Sequence record: NC_042081.1
Direction: 5' to 3' (one strand)
Length of the DNA stretch: 64,000 nt
Of this stretch, positions 39,969-59,159 are shown piece by piece. The notes beneath the pieces were generated by a model. That model ran no database searches. It saw only the letters and a list, made by a program, of their open reading frames with translations, and was not told the origin of the DNA. Position numbers and translations under genes: made by a program. The stretch's first letter is position 1, and each line of letters starts with the position of its first letter.

Positions 39969-40784
39969 TCATTTATCTATTTCAGCGTTTGGATCATACC
40001 AAGGTAATAAACTTAGTAATGCCGGTTGTTGTTTCTTCATATCCTCTAAGATTGTTGCTTCACTTGCACCTTCTAACATAGTGGTGAAAGTAATCATGTT
40101 CTTAGAGTTATATACCGGACGTAGACCATTACCAAAGAATTTCACCTGTTGAACCATTATTTTGAAATCAGGGTTATCTACTACATCTGGGATATAGATA
40201 GCAGGTGGCGCACTGAAATAACGTTTAATTAACTCAATAGCCCAATACGTTGGTAAATCACCAAACTGTGATTTCACTGTAGCTAGGTTTAATTGGAATG
40301 CTTTAGGTTCTTCAGGTGGTGGTTCCACCGGATCAACTGGATCAGTGGGTTCTTCAGGGTCAGTAGGTTCAGTAGGCTCTTCAGGATCCTCTGGATCGCC
40401 TTCTGTTGGCTTTTCTTCAGATGTGCCACCATCAGGGTCACTTGAACCATCATCATCTTCAACGGGCTCCTCAGGCGTTTCTATAGGCTCCTTCGGATCT
40501 TCCTGATTCTCCGATAGATCGGGCTCTTCTGATTTCCCATCTCCATTTTCTTCAGTAGAAGACGTGTCTTCTGATTCTTCATCTGTTGTCGAGTCAGTTG
40601 TGGCTGTGTTTTCTGAATCGGCAGTGGTATTTTCATTTTCACTTGATTCAGTAGAAACAATTTCAGTAGGAGTGGTTTCAAGTTCATTGACACTATCCTC
40701 TACATTAGTTACTTCATTAGGGATTTCACTAATTTCTGATAATGTTACCGGTGCACTTACTGCGCGAGCTTTTCGTTTAGCCAT
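39969..40784 (-). CDS. Acidic Pro/Glu-rich virion protein (gp35 position, recalled as capsid vertex decoration)
   Basis: 271 aa; E/D/T-rich disordered N-half with PEEP repeats, folded C-terminal ~110 aa. Confidence 0.6.
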   Translation of the reverse strand: MAKRKARAVSAPVTLSEISEIPNEVTNVEDSVNELETTPTEIVSTESSENENTTADSENTATTDSTTDEESEDTSSTEENGDGKSEEPDLSENQEDPKEPIETPEEPVEDDDGSSDPDGGTSEEKPTEGDPEDPEEPTEPTDPEEPTDPVDPVEPPPEEPKAFQLNLATVKSQFGDLPTYWAIELIKRYFSAPPAIYIPDVVDNPDFKIMVQQVKFFGNGLRPVYNSKNMITFTTMLEGASEATILEDMKKQQPALLSLLPWYDPNAEIDK

Positions 40785-40793
40785 GGTTGTACC

Positions 40794-41573
<780 letters not shown>

Positions 41574-41630
41574 CTACAATTATATTTGAGTTATTGTACT
41601 ACAGATGATAAAAGAGAAAATACATCATAA

Positions 41631-41652
41631 GCCCTCTCCATAAGGAGAGGGC
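41631..41652. terminator. Hairpin terminator
   Basis: GCCCTCTCC-ATAA-GGAGAGGGC. Confidence 0.75.
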
Positions 41653-41659
41653 ATTATAT

Positions 41660-41863
41660 TTACATAGTGTTAAAACACGCATTAAATTTAGATAAAGAGC
41701 AACCAGTATAAATTAATGATTGCTCTAGTTGTATGATGACATCGCCATTACTATCAAAATCAGCAGCAACAAAAGTAGATTCAGTTATCTTAAAAGTAGA
41801 TGGCAGCATTTCTAAATAATTAAATATTGCTTGATTATCGATGTCATGAGGATTTAAATCCAT
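41660..41863 (-). CDS. Small hypothetical protein
   Basis: 67 aa; AGGT RBS-like. Confidence 0.55.
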   Translation of the reverse strand: MDLNPHDIDNQAIFNYLEMLPSTFKITESTFVAADFDSNGDVIIQLEQSLIYTGCSLSKFNACFNTM

Positions 41864-41870
41864 ATGTTAC

Positions 41871-42740
41871 CTATACATAGATAGTTATGGACCAAATATT
41901 AACAGGGCTGCATAAGACAATTGTGATTAAATCTCCATGAGTTCTCTGATAATGGTTGGAACACATAACTTTGATTAACTTTAATTTTTTAGTTTCTTTA
42001 TTTTGAATTTCTTTGATAAGTGATTCAATAAGATCAGTAGTAATAAGTGAATGACCATCAATAAATGGTTTTATACTTACTAGCGAATCTTTGTTAAATA
42101 GAATTGCATCATCATATTCACATGTAGATGCGGTCTTGTATATGGATGCAACTTTATTAACTTTGTCATTAGTGACTATAGAAAAATTAAATTCATTCTT
42201 AGCTTTACTTAACGATGTTTCAAATAATTTATATTTATCAATAATAGTTTTATTATCAATAAATGATTTCATTCCAATATTTAAATTTATGTCCAGGGTA
42301 TAAGAATTATGTATTAATCCAACTGATAGTTGAGTTTCATTACCACTATTGTTAAACTTAATATTATTAACTGAACATATCTGATTATTAATAAACGATA
42401 ATAATAATTTAGAAATAGTTTTAATAACATTAACTTCATAATCATTATTAGTACAAGCAAGTGCAGTTGTCATGTATCGACTAACTTGACCAACATCTAG
42501 TTTCTGATAGGGACTATCACTATCTATCCATGGGTCAATAGTTAAATTAATCCTTAGACTAGCTAGAATATCGGAAGATGTTTCAGAATAAATGAAAAAC
42601 ACATTATTGTTAAGATCATCTTTTAGCCAACCACTAGTTCTAAGATTTTCTAGATCTTTTTCATTAGATACCGATTGACTTAATTGCTGAATTAAACTAG
42701 GGTTAGCTAGGTTTAATAAACTAATCATTTTATAAACCAT
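41871..42740 (-). CDS. AT-rich hypothetical protein (gp33 position)
   Basis: 289 aa; GAGGA RBS. Confidence 0.7.
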   Translation of the reverse strand: MVYKMISLLNLANPSLIQQLSQSVSNEKDLENLRTSGWLKDDLNNNVFFIYSETSSDILASLRINLTIDPWIDSDSPYQKLDVGQVSRYMTTALACTNNDYEVNVIKTISKLLLSFINNQICSVNNIKFNNSGNETQLSVGLIHNSYTLDINLNIGMKSFIDNKTIIDKYKLFETSLSKAKNEFNFSIVTNDKVNKVASIYKTASTCEYDDAILFNKDSLVSIKPFIDGHSLITTDLIESLIKEIQNKETKKLKLIKVMCSNHYQRTHGDLITIVLCSPVNIWSITIYV

Positions 42741-42794
42741 TTTATTATCCTCTAATTTATGTAATTACATGGAATAAATAACATAAGTACTTTT

Positions 42795-44069
42795 ATGACT
42801 TATGATTTGATTCTCCAGGAGGTTTTCCCAATGGCAACTATTAAAGAAGTCCTTGATAGAAATTTTAAGGATGTTCAATTTGATCGCGATTTATGTAAAA
42901 GAATTATTGACTTTACTATCAGTTTTATGAATAGGAATGCTGATCACTCTGCTTTCTTTGGTGGTGTATTACTAGGTGTACAACAAGTTAAATTCTTCGA
43001 TACGGATCGTGAGATTTGGTATGATGATGTTTTACGAATTGATGAAGCTCTGTTAGTCCAAGATTTTAAGACAGTTGAATTCATTGACCCTAACCATCGT
43101 GTAATGTCAGATGTATTCAATCATCTTCCTGCCTATATTTGTTCTAGGCTTTTAAAAACAACTAATGTTCCTTTGAATATTAGGCATGAAGCAATGGTTA
43201 GTTGTTTCATGGTATTGCATTTTAAATATCTAACATCTTTACTTGTACCACGCTTTAAATATCCTGCACGTAAAGAAGTAGCCGAAGCTGCATTCGCCGC
43301 GCTTAATTATCGATTTGACATTAAGACAATTGGGTCATGGGAGAAACTATTTAGGCAACGGGCCGAAGGTATTATTGCACCTGATTCTATTTATGCACCT
43401 TTCTTAACTGGTAAAACACAAGAACTGGATTATTGGTCTGGCCGTGTGGTATCTGATACTCAAACACGTCTACGTGAATTAATCAACAAGTACTATGATG
43501 TTTATATCAGAACACTGCAATCAGGTGGTAAATTAGTTATTTCATCAGACATGGCTGTCAATTCCGATGGTGAACAGATTCTACGTGATAAGTCTACCGG
43601 GTATCGTTCATATCTTACTTACATCCATCAAGTTGCGCAACAAGAACAAAATTTCATTAGACCTGAGCTAGTTGGTATTATTGAAAAGATAATGCCCACA
43701 ATGCCACCAGAAATGTTCATGGCGACACTTAGACACCTTTCCCGTAACATCGGCCAACCTAGGGCACAAAAGCTTGAGAAACTCGTGGATGAGTGCTTAC
43801 TGTATGCTTTCGATTATATGCAGTCATTACGTACAATGGTTGCTAGAAATAATGATCTACAAACATTGCTTGTAAAAATACGAGCAAAGATAATGGCATC
43901 TAAAACAGAAAATGCTCAAGTTATTTTCATGCGTGAAGAAGGTGAGAAGTTAGTTAGGGATGCGACTAATTCTAGGGTACCTGCATATATCGCAGCAACT
44001 AGGACTGGGTTGATGTTGTATTTAATTCTACGTGCTATGACTAAGAATTACTATACAAAAACAAAATAA
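42795..44069 (+). CDS. Conserved virion structural protein (gp32 position)
   Basis: 424 aa; GGAGG RBS favours MATIKE at 42831; late orientation. Confidence 0.7.
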   Translation: MTYDLILQEVFPMATIKEVLDRNFKDVQFDRDLCKRIIDFTISFMNRNADHSAFFGGVLLGVQQVKFFDTDREIWYDDVLRIDEALLVQDFKTVEFIDPNHRVMSDVFNHLPAYICSRLLKTTNVPLNIRHEAMVSCFMVLHFKYLTSLLVPRFKYPARKEVAEAAFAALNYRFDIKTIGSWEKLFRQRAEGIIAPDSIYAPFLTGKTQELDYWSGRVVSDTQTRLRELINKYYDVYIRTLQSGGKLVISSDMAVNSDGEQILRDKSTGYRSYLTYIHQVAQQEQNFIRPELVGIIEKIMPTMPPEMFMATLRHLSRNIGQPRAQKLEKLVDECLLYAFDYMQSLRTMVARNNDLQTLLVKIRAKIMASKTENAQVIFMREEGEKLVRDATNSRVPAYIAATRTGLMLYLILRAMTKNYYTKTK

Positions 44070-44076
44070 ACATAAT

Positions 44077-44097
44077 GCCCTCCCGCAATGGGAGGGC
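44077..44097. terminator. Bidirectional terminator
   Basis: GCCCTCCC-GCAAT-GGGAGGGC. Confidence 0.8.
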
Positions 44098-44115
44098 TTA
44101 TGCTGTTAAGTAACA

Positions 44116-44478
44116 TTAGCTAGATTGATCATTACATAAATTTTTCAGAGCATCGTAAATAGCCACATAAGTAAAAATAGTTAAACTATCTTTAATTTCC
44201 TTACGCGGGGTACCACTGAATCCACCCCATGATACATTTGTATTACTAACGCATACAGTGCTAATAGCTGGCTCATGATAGCCACCATCTACTTTACGCT
44301 TTGCATAAACCTTAGCCGTAATTTCTCCACGTAACTTTTTGAAGAAAACTAGAGCACCCGGAACGACTATACGTTTATTACCAATCTTCGTAATAAATTC
44401 TTTACGATTAGTAAAGTGCTCTTTTAATAAATCATTAATAATTTTAGTTAAACTATCAATTTCATTCTTCATCGACAC
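44116..44478 (-). CDS. Hypothetical protein
   Basis: 120 aa; overlaps the upstream stop. Confidence 0.65.
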   Translation of the reverse strand: MSMKNEIDSLTKIINDLLKEHFTNRKEFITKIGNKRIVVPGALVFFKKLRGEITAKVYAKRKVDGGYHEPAISTVCVSNTNVSWGGFSGTPRKEIKDSLTIFTYVAIYDALKNLCNDQSS

Positions 44479-45665
44479 GTTGTTAGTTCCTTACAAATAA
44501 ACTTGATAACGTGATCACTTACAAATTTCAATGGACCAGAACAATTAGATTTCTCAATAGCGGTTTCAGTGTATGAAATTATTTGATTTCCACTTAAGGA
44601 TAATGAATCAAATAATTCATAAGAGTTATTATTTTTATTCTTAAAGGATACTGCATATTGACTATTTTCACTATTGATGCAAAATAGGTTAATAGCTGGG
44701 ATAGATACAGAGTTATCTGAAGTATGGCTATTTTCCGTAATATTCCAATTACTGTATACAGTGAAAATATTTGCAGCTAGTAAAAGGTTGGCATTAACCG
44801 TTTCTAAACTAACATACTCCACAGAAGTACCTTTATGCCAATATAGTTCAATTGGATTAACCCAAGTATACCCAATGGTTTTATAGAAGGCATGCATTAC
44901 ATATTCTCGCCAACGTGTGGGTTTCTTATTATCAGTTAAAACACACGTAATATTGCCTGACGGATAAATGTGGTGGATGCTACATGCATTAATTTCATCT
45001 CTAACATTAGTTGTTTCAGTAATATTAGAATGATCCTGTTTGAATAGCCATTTTAAATGACTATTAGTTGTGTCATCACCTTCCCCATTTGCAATGTCAT
45101 TTTCTAACCACTTTTCAAATGTAGCTTGTCTATCAGGTGTTGGCATTCCCCAATAGGTAGCTAAAATGAAACGATAATAGTATCGAATAATATCATCATC
45201 GTTAAGAATATTTTTATCCAGTTTCCAGTGATGTTGATACTCGTATACTTCGCTTGGAATATTATTTACTTGATACCATGTATTAATTAATACTTGAATT
45301 GTTAATTGCCGAATACTCTCACTTGTTAGAGTGTAATATTCCCTGCTATGCGGCTCTTCAATTGTCACTTCTTGATCAGTATAACCAATGTATTTAGGCT
45401 TACCATCGATGAGTGCAAAATTAACATTCCATGATGTATCATTACTAAAAGTGATATTAATAAAACCTTGTTCAAAGCTAGGCTTCACTACGAAACTGAC
45501 ATCATCCTTCTGATATGTCATTTGCGTTAGAATACCAAAATTAATTTTAGATGTAAATTCTTTATCGAAGTTATGTTTATAAAGTAATCCTAGTAAACAA
45601 TCAATTTTATTAATAGTGTGGTTTTCTAATAATAAATCAGTATTTGTAAGTTCATTAATTTTCAT
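44469..45665 (-). CDS. AT-rich hypothetical early protein (gp31 position)
   Basis: 398 aa; GAGG RBS; own early promoter. Confidence 0.75.
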   Translation of the reverse strand: MKINELTNTDLLLENHTINKIDCLLGLLYKHNFDKEFTSKINFGILTQMTYQKDDVSFVVKPSFEQGFINITFSNDTSWNVNFALIDGKPKYIGYTDQEVTIEEPHSREYYTLTSESIRQLTIQVLINTWYQVNNIPSEVYEYQHHWKLDKNILNDDDIIRYYYRFILATYWGMPTPDRQATFEKWLENDIANGEGDDTTNSHLKWLFKQDHSNITETTNVRDEINACSIHHIYPSGNITCVLTDNKKPTRWREYVMHAFYKTIGYTWVNPIELYWHKGTSVEYVSLETVNANLLLAANIFTVYSNWNITENSHTSDNSVSIPAINLFCINSENSQYAVSFKNKNNNSYELFDSLSLSGNQIISYTETAIEKSNCSGPLKFVSDHVIKFICKELTTCR

Positions 45666-45718
45666 TTTAACCTCTCTAAAATTTACAATCTAGTTTTACT
45701 TATTGAATAAGCAAACAT

Positions 45719-45745
45719 GTAATATATATCTTAATTATTTTTTAG
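45719..45745 (-). promoter_or_regulatory. Early promoter
   Basis: Exact TATATTAC plus A-tract. Confidence 0.8.
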
Positions 45746-45766
45746 CATAGTTTTTAACAACATAAA

Positions 45767-45784
45767 GCCTCCCCGAAGGGAGGC
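45767..45784 (-). terminator. Terminator of the sheath-tube operon
   Basis: GCCTCCC-TTCG-GGGAGGC-TTTATG. Confidence 0.8.
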
Positions 45785-45792
45785 GATATGCT

Positions 45793-45974
45793 TTAGCTTT
45801 TTTGGTTAGTACCGACAGTCTGCTCATTCTTTTCAGTTTGAGCATTTCGCCGAAGTTGACTAACCAGACCATTGCCAGCCGCAACTACATCGGGAGAAAA
45901 GAATGCATTGATATCAAAGTTCTGATCTTGGTTGCGAGTCTTCCCAGGTGGGACCATCGGATATACTTTTGCCA

Positions 45975-45975
<1 letters not shown>
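45793..45975 (-). CDS. 60-aa protein translationally coupled to tail tube
   Basis: TAATG stop/start overlap; ends just before the terminator. Confidence 0.6.
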
Positions 45976-46859
<884 letters not shown>

Positions 46860-46887
46860 ACTTTTCCTCATTCTGAAAGCCACCCAC

Positions 46888-49026
<2,139 letters not shown>

Positions 49027-49103
49027 CTAACAGTCAATCATAGATATTAATCATAGTTGACCATACTAGTTATTTTTTACTATCCATTTAAGGAGTAGCG
49101 GTA

Positions 49104-54434
<5,331 letters not shown>

Positions 54435-54440
54435 ATATAA

Positions 54441-54467
54441 AGCCCCCTAGGAACCACCTAGGGGGCT
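54441..54467 (+). terminator. Hairpin terminator
   Basis: AGCCCCCTAGG-AACCA-CCTAGGGGGCT. Confidence 0.75.
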
Positions 54468-54573
54468 TTATAACGTCTTTTAACACATTATCCATATGAG
54501 ACTATACTTTACAATTGCCGTTCAATACGGCTTTATTATGGCACATTAAAATAAGTACCTTAAAGGGCAGTGT

Positions 54574-56727
54574 ATGGACGTTATACTTTTCAATAGTGAT
54601 TGGGATAAATACTACAGCGCTAGTGTTGATCTTACTACTAAAAATAAATCTTTTATAAAGTTAGCATTGACTTATAAAAAGATGGGTATTAAAAATTACA
54701 AATTTATACTAGCTATATTGGACCAAGGTTTAATTGGGGTGGATCCATATGACCCTAATCTTAGCGAAGAAATGAAGTTCCGTATTAACATGGAATGCAA
54801 ATATAATCCTTGGTATTTTTTCAGGGAAGTGGCAAGAATCCCCCCTAACTCGGGTAATAACCCAATTCCATTCCAAGCCAACCGTGGTAATATTGCTTTA
54901 TTCTGGTGTTATTTCAATCACGTAGATTTTGGTTTATTACAACCTCGTCAGACAGGTAAGTCTGTATCAACTGACGTACTCAATACAGGTATGATGTATA
55001 TCTGGGGCGAGAACACTAAGATTAACCTTATTACTAAAGATAACAAACTGCGTAATGCTAACATTGAACGTTTGAAAGTAATGCGTGATCTGTTACCAGA
55101 ATACATTCATTACACAGATCCATTGGATGCAGATAACTCTGAGTTAATGACATGTATTAGATTAGGTAATAGGTATCTAACAGCTGTTGGTCGAAATGAC
55201 GTTAATGCAGCTGATAAGTTAGGTCGTGGTCTTACTGTACCGAATATGCACTTTGACGAACTTGCATATATTAACTTAATTGGTGTTTCACTACCTGTTG
55301 CACTTGCATCAGGCTCAGCAGCTCGTGATGAAGCTCGCCGCGAGAATCAGCCTTATGGTAACATCTATACAACTACAGCTGGTAACATCACTACCCGTGA
55401 TGGTGAATTTGCATATCACTTCTTAACAGGTGGCTGCCCATGGTCAGAGGAATTCTTTGATCTACCAGATCAGAAAACTCTACATCGTGTTGTAGAAAAA
55501 GGCACTACTGGAAAGAAACCTCTAGTTTATGGTGCATTTAACCACCGTCAATTAGGACGTACCGATGAGTGGTTATATAACACACTTCGTGAATCAGGTT
55601 CATTCGGTGAAATTGCCGATAGGGACTTCTTCAATATCTGGACAGTTGGTGGTGAAGGTTCACCCTTATCATCAGATGAGAAAGATAAACTTAAAAACAA
55701 TATGCGTGAGCCAAGCTGGACAGAAATCACGGATGATGGTTACACACTTCGTTGGTATATACCAAAAGAAGAAGTAGCCTCACGGATGATGAAGGGTAGG
55801 TTCGTTATGGGTACCGACCCATCTGAACTTCTTGGTGAAGATAATGACGCCACCGGCACAGTTGTAGTTGATGTAGAAACACATGAGGTTATGTGTGTTG
55901 GTAGATACAATGAATCATCAGTGCCATCAATGGGTAATTTCTTTGCAACAATGCTATTGAGATATCCTAATATTCTTTGGATACCAGAACGTAAATCAAT
56001 AGGTATATCGTTAATTGACCATGTTATCTTGATTCTACATACTAAAGGAGTAGATCCATTCCGGCGTATCTTTAACAGAATTGTCAATGAATCATCAGAA
56101 AGAGAAAATGATTTCAGAGACATTCAAACTCCGTTATCAGCAAGACAACCATCGTTCTATGATAGGTTTAAACGTTATTTTGGCTATGCAACGTCAGGTA
56201 CTGGCGAGTATTCTCGTGATAATCTATTTAAGGTGGCATTACCATCAGCAATGCATTATGGGGTAAGGACCATCTATGATAAACCACTTAGCACGGAGTT
56301 ATTAGCACTTACTATCCGTAATGGTAGAATTGACCATGCTAAGGGGAACCATGATGACTTAGTGGTGTCATTATTATTAGCCCATTGGTTATTAATACAA
56401 GGTAAGAATTTATCTTATTATGGTATCAATGTTCCCATCTTAGGTAAATCAAAACTACGTGATAAAGAACCAAGCCAACTTGAAAAATATCATGAAGAGA
56501 AAGAACAGCAAGGTCGCAAAGAATTTGAAGAGATAATTGAACAGCTTCGCGGTGAAAAGAACCCGATGATTGCAGCTAAATTAGAAATGCGTTTGAAACA
56601 ATTGTCTAAACGTGTTAATATTGATGATAGCAGTGGTGTAGGTATTGATGCCATGTTAAATCAAGCTCGTGCAGAGCGTACACGTAGAGTGCGTATTAAC
56701 AGATATTCTAGAAATAGTTGGTATTAA
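54574..56727 (+). CDS. terL: Terminase large subunit (gp25)
   Basis: 717 aa; QPRQTGKS Walker A, MHFDE Walker B, TTAG motif III, nuclease GTD and HDD motifs. Confidence 0.93.
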   Translation: MDVILFNSDWDKYYSASVDLTTKNKSFIKLALTYKKMGIKNYKFILAILDQGLIGVDPYDPNLSEEMKFRINMECKYNPWYFFREVARIPPNSGNNPIPFQANRGNIALFWCYFNHVDFGLLQPRQTGKSVSTDVLNTGMMYIWGENTKINLITKDNKLRNANIERLKVMRDLLPEYIHYTDPLDADNSELMTCIRLGNRYLTAVGRNDVNAADKLGRGLTVPNMHFDELAYINLIGVSLPVALASGSAARDEARRENQPYGNIYTTTAGNITTRDGEFAYHFLTGGCPWSEEFFDLPDQKTLHRVVEKGTTGKKPLVYGAFNHRQLGRTDEWLYNTLRESGSFGEIADRDFFNIWTVGGEGSPLSSDEKDKLKNNMREPSWTEITDDGYTLRWYIPKEEVASRMMKGRFVMGTDPSELLGEDNDATGTVVVDVETHEVMCVGRYNESSVPSMGNFFATMLLRYPNILWIPERKSIGISLIDHVILILHTKGVDPFRRIFNRIVNESSERENDFRDIQTPLSARQPSFYDRFKRYFGYATSGTGEYSRDNLFKVALPSAMHYGVRTIYDKPLSTELLALTIRNGRIDHAKGNHDDLVVSLLLAHWLLIQGKNLSYYGINVPILGKSKLRDKEPSQLEKYHEEKEQQGRKEFEEIIEQLRGEKNPMIAAKLEMRLKQLSKRVNIDDSSGVGIDAMLNQARAERTRRVRINRYSRNSWY

Positions 56728-56748
56728 ACAAAAAAAATAATAATACGT

Positions 56749-56773
56749 TACCCTCTTCGCAATGAAGAGGGTA
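56749..56773. terminator. Bidirectional terminator
   Basis: TACCCTCTTC-GCAAT-GAAGAGGGTA. Confidence 0.8.
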
Positions 56774-56780
56774 TTTGAAG

Positions 56781-57047
56781 TTAAGTAACTCTAGCGAACA
56801 AAAGATTACTGGAGTTAGAATTAATATGATAGTTAGACGATCCGTCAATCCATTTAGCATCGGAAATCTTGTTTACAAGCTGACCATTGCCAATGTAACC
56901 TAGGAAAGTTTTATTATCATATACAGCAATTTTGATTAGCTCATTTCGTCCGTGGACTAGTGGCTTACCATTGAATGCTGTTACTTCTAAACCAGACATG
57001 TACCCATAAATTGGATCAGGTCTGGAACTTGTTTCAAAGACTTTCAT
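56781..57047 (-). CDS. Small hypothetical protein
   Basis: GAGGAG RBS favours MKVFE at 57047 (88 aa). Confidence 0.65.
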   Translation of the reverse strand: MKVFETSSRPDPIYGYMSGLEVTAFNGKPLVHGRNELIKIAVYDNKTFLGYIGNGQLVNKISDAKWIDGSSNYHINSNSSNLLFARVT

Positions 57048-57336
57048 TCGAAGTCTCCTCTGCAAGAAAGCCCATTTTGGGCAAAAAATGTCAAGCTTAA
57101 ACTTGACGACATATAGCCCTCCTGTTGCACCAGGAGGGCTAATCTTTTCAGAACGTACGGTGTTGTTATAATACTGCTAGCGAAAATACCCATGATGGGT
57201 AAGTAGCTAATCCGCAGTTCTCTTGGATGATACCTACTGACAGTGTAGTCGCGAATGCGCTGTTTGGAACCCCACTGGTTTAGCGGCCAGTGGGAATTCC
57301 TTTTATGCCGCTTTTTCTTTCTTTACTGGATATTTC

Positions 57337-57450
57337 TTATATTTCCAAACCCACGTTCTTACGCTGGTAGGTATCTTCCTTCTTATTATATTCATAGTTC
57401 TCGATGAGGCGCTTGTTGCTGAATTCGAACATCGACCGCATCTTGTCCAT
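57337..57450 (-). CDS. Unannotated 37-aa ORF (MDKMRSMFEFSNKRLIENYEYNKKEDTYQRKNVGLEI)
   Basis: GAGG RBS overlapping the upstream stop; followed by a hairpin terminator. Confidence 0.55.
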   Translation of the reverse strand: MDKMRSMFEFSNKRLIENYEYNKKEDTYQRKNVGLEI

Positions 57451-57457
57451 GATGACC

Positions 57458-57793
57458 TCAGATATTTACCATGTTCATGAATTCGGCGTAGTTGTAGCCG
57501 GTATTCATGTCTAGGTAGTCTTGTTCGACCATGTCGTCATTCAGGTACTTGACGTAAGCCTCGGCGTGAGCAGTGGCTACCGACTTGGTGAAGAAGTAAC
57601 GAGCGTGCTGACGGTTCTGTTCGAACCGACGCAGATTAGTAGTGGCCTGACCGCCGAAACCATTGACCTCCATTACCCCGTAAACAGTACGATCATCCAG
57701 AGTAGTGATCTGTGCAATCACTACACGAGAAGCATTTTCCGAATGGTCGATAAACGTCATACTGTAAATCTCGATTTCTTTGAAGTCTTCCAT
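57458..57793 (-). CDS. Early hypothetical protein
   Basis: 111 aa; AGGA RBS; GC-richer codons. Confidence 0.75.
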   Translation of the reverse strand: MEDFKEIEIYSMTFIDHSENASRVVIAQITTLDDRTVYGVMEVNGFGGQATTNLRRFEQNRQHARYFFTKSVATAHAEAYVKYLNDDMVEQDYLDMNTGYNYAEFMNMVNI

Positions 57794-58096
57794 TAGAATT
57801 TCCTGTTAAAAAATTAATAGACAACCCCTACCCGAAGGGAGGGGCTTTATACCGTCTTAACCTTCTTTTTAGTAGGCTTTTTATATTTCCAGCGATAAAG
57901 CAGATGGAGTACCATACTGGGAATACCCATCGATATAATAACAAGGTCACGTCGGTAAAGTAGTCGGTGTAGATATGGAGTAATTCACTTCGTTAATCGC
58001 CAGTACCATGGGCAAGTCCATTGTAGTAGTAGATCCCACCATCCTCTTTGTGAGTATAGAGTTCACCATCTTTCTTTTGTTGCATTGTCATATTAG

Positions 58097-58363
58097 TTAC
58101 CCCGGCATTTTGGTATGAACGAGAGAATTGAAACGGACATCGAACGTATCGTACATGTCAGCAGTTAGCTCAGCGAAGACCGGACTATCCATAAACTCTT
58201 CAAGAGCCCGATGAGCTGCTAGCCGCTTATCACCTTCACCGCGAGTACCAGGATAGACTTTATCACCTTCACCTGGAGAAGCGAACCCATCATAAACGTG
58301 GACTACCCCTTCTCTGTCAGTTACAGTGGCTTTTACTGAATAACCTGCATAAGCAAGACCCAT
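58097..58363 (-). CDS. Early hypothetical protein
   Basis: 88 aa; follows the upstream stop directly. Confidence 0.7.
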   Translation of the reverse strand: MGLAYAGYSVKATVTDREGVVHVYDGFASPGEGDKVYPGTRGEGDKRLAAHRALEEFMDSPVFAELTADMYDTFDVRFNSLVHTKMPG

Positions 58364-58366
58364 TAT

Positions 58367-58930
58367 TCATCCCATCCTTTTCACTGGAGTAAGTTGTTTA
58401 AGTGCGTTGATAATACGGTGAACAGTATCACGTGCAAGTTCACGAGTGTGGAAGTTATTGGATACCTGGTAACGAAGTTCAACGATTCCATCTTCAGATT
58501 CAGAGTTTCGGTCGAAATCTTTAACCGTGTAATCACTATCCAAGATAGCCTCCACCATTTCATCATTGAGTTCGAATTCAGCGATGGTAGGTGAAACCAA
58601 ACGATCCTGGAGATTTCTGATTACTTCGTTGCGGAATGCAATAGCACCTTCTGCAATCTCCAGCCGCTCTTCGACGGAGATAAACGGATTCTTCCAGAGT
58701 TCGGTTTCCATGGTGGGTCGAACAGAGGCTTTCTCCCATGCAATGCACCAATAATACCAACGTTCTTGGATTTCTTCGTTGGCTTTATCAAATGCAGCTA
58801 TCGCGTTTTTATTACGGTGACAAGCCAGAGGACGAGTATCCTTCGGAAGCCAGGTGTCAGTCTTCTCGTAGTAAACGAAACGATCAACACCAGGGGTCAC
58901 TGCTTGGAATTCCTTCAATTTTTTGTCCAT
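58367..58930 (-). CDS. Early hypothetical protein
   Basis: 187 aa. Confidence 0.75.
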   Translation of the reverse strand: MDKKLKEFQAVTPGVDRFVYYEKTDTWLPKDTRPLACHRNKNAIAAFDKANEEIQERWYYWCIAWEKASVRPTMETELWKNPFISVEERLEIAEGAIAFRNEVIRNLQDRLVSPTIAEFELNDEMVEAILDSDYTVKDFDRNSESEDGIVELRYQVSNNFHTRELARDTVHRIINALKQLTPVKRMG

Positions 58931-59090
58931 GTGAAATAATACCTATTGGTTGATAGCATGTAAGAAGATTACGCGTTACTTCTTATTCCTACTGCTGGGT
59001 TAGTACCCATAACGCGAAATATCCGAGACGAACTCTTTGGTGAAATGAAAAGGGATTTAGCCCCTACCGGAAGGTAGGGGATTTATACCG

Positions 59091-59159
59091 TCAACCGACG
59101 ATAAGACCCTTAATCGTTAGGGTCTCGGTGTCCATTGGTGGATTATAACCACTACTCAT
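59091..59159 (-). CDS. Putative 22-aa peptide (MSSGYNPPMDTETLTIKGLIVG)
   Basis: AAGGAG 7 nt before ATG; 3' part of track ORF 59091-59279. Confidence 0.35.
   Translation of the reverse strand: MSSGYNPPMDTETLTIKGLIVG

Noticed and set aside
49030-49060. Late promoters from TATG motifs (e.g. repeated AATCATAG before the sheath gene)
   Set aside because: A 4-nt motif is too frequent to call without TSS data
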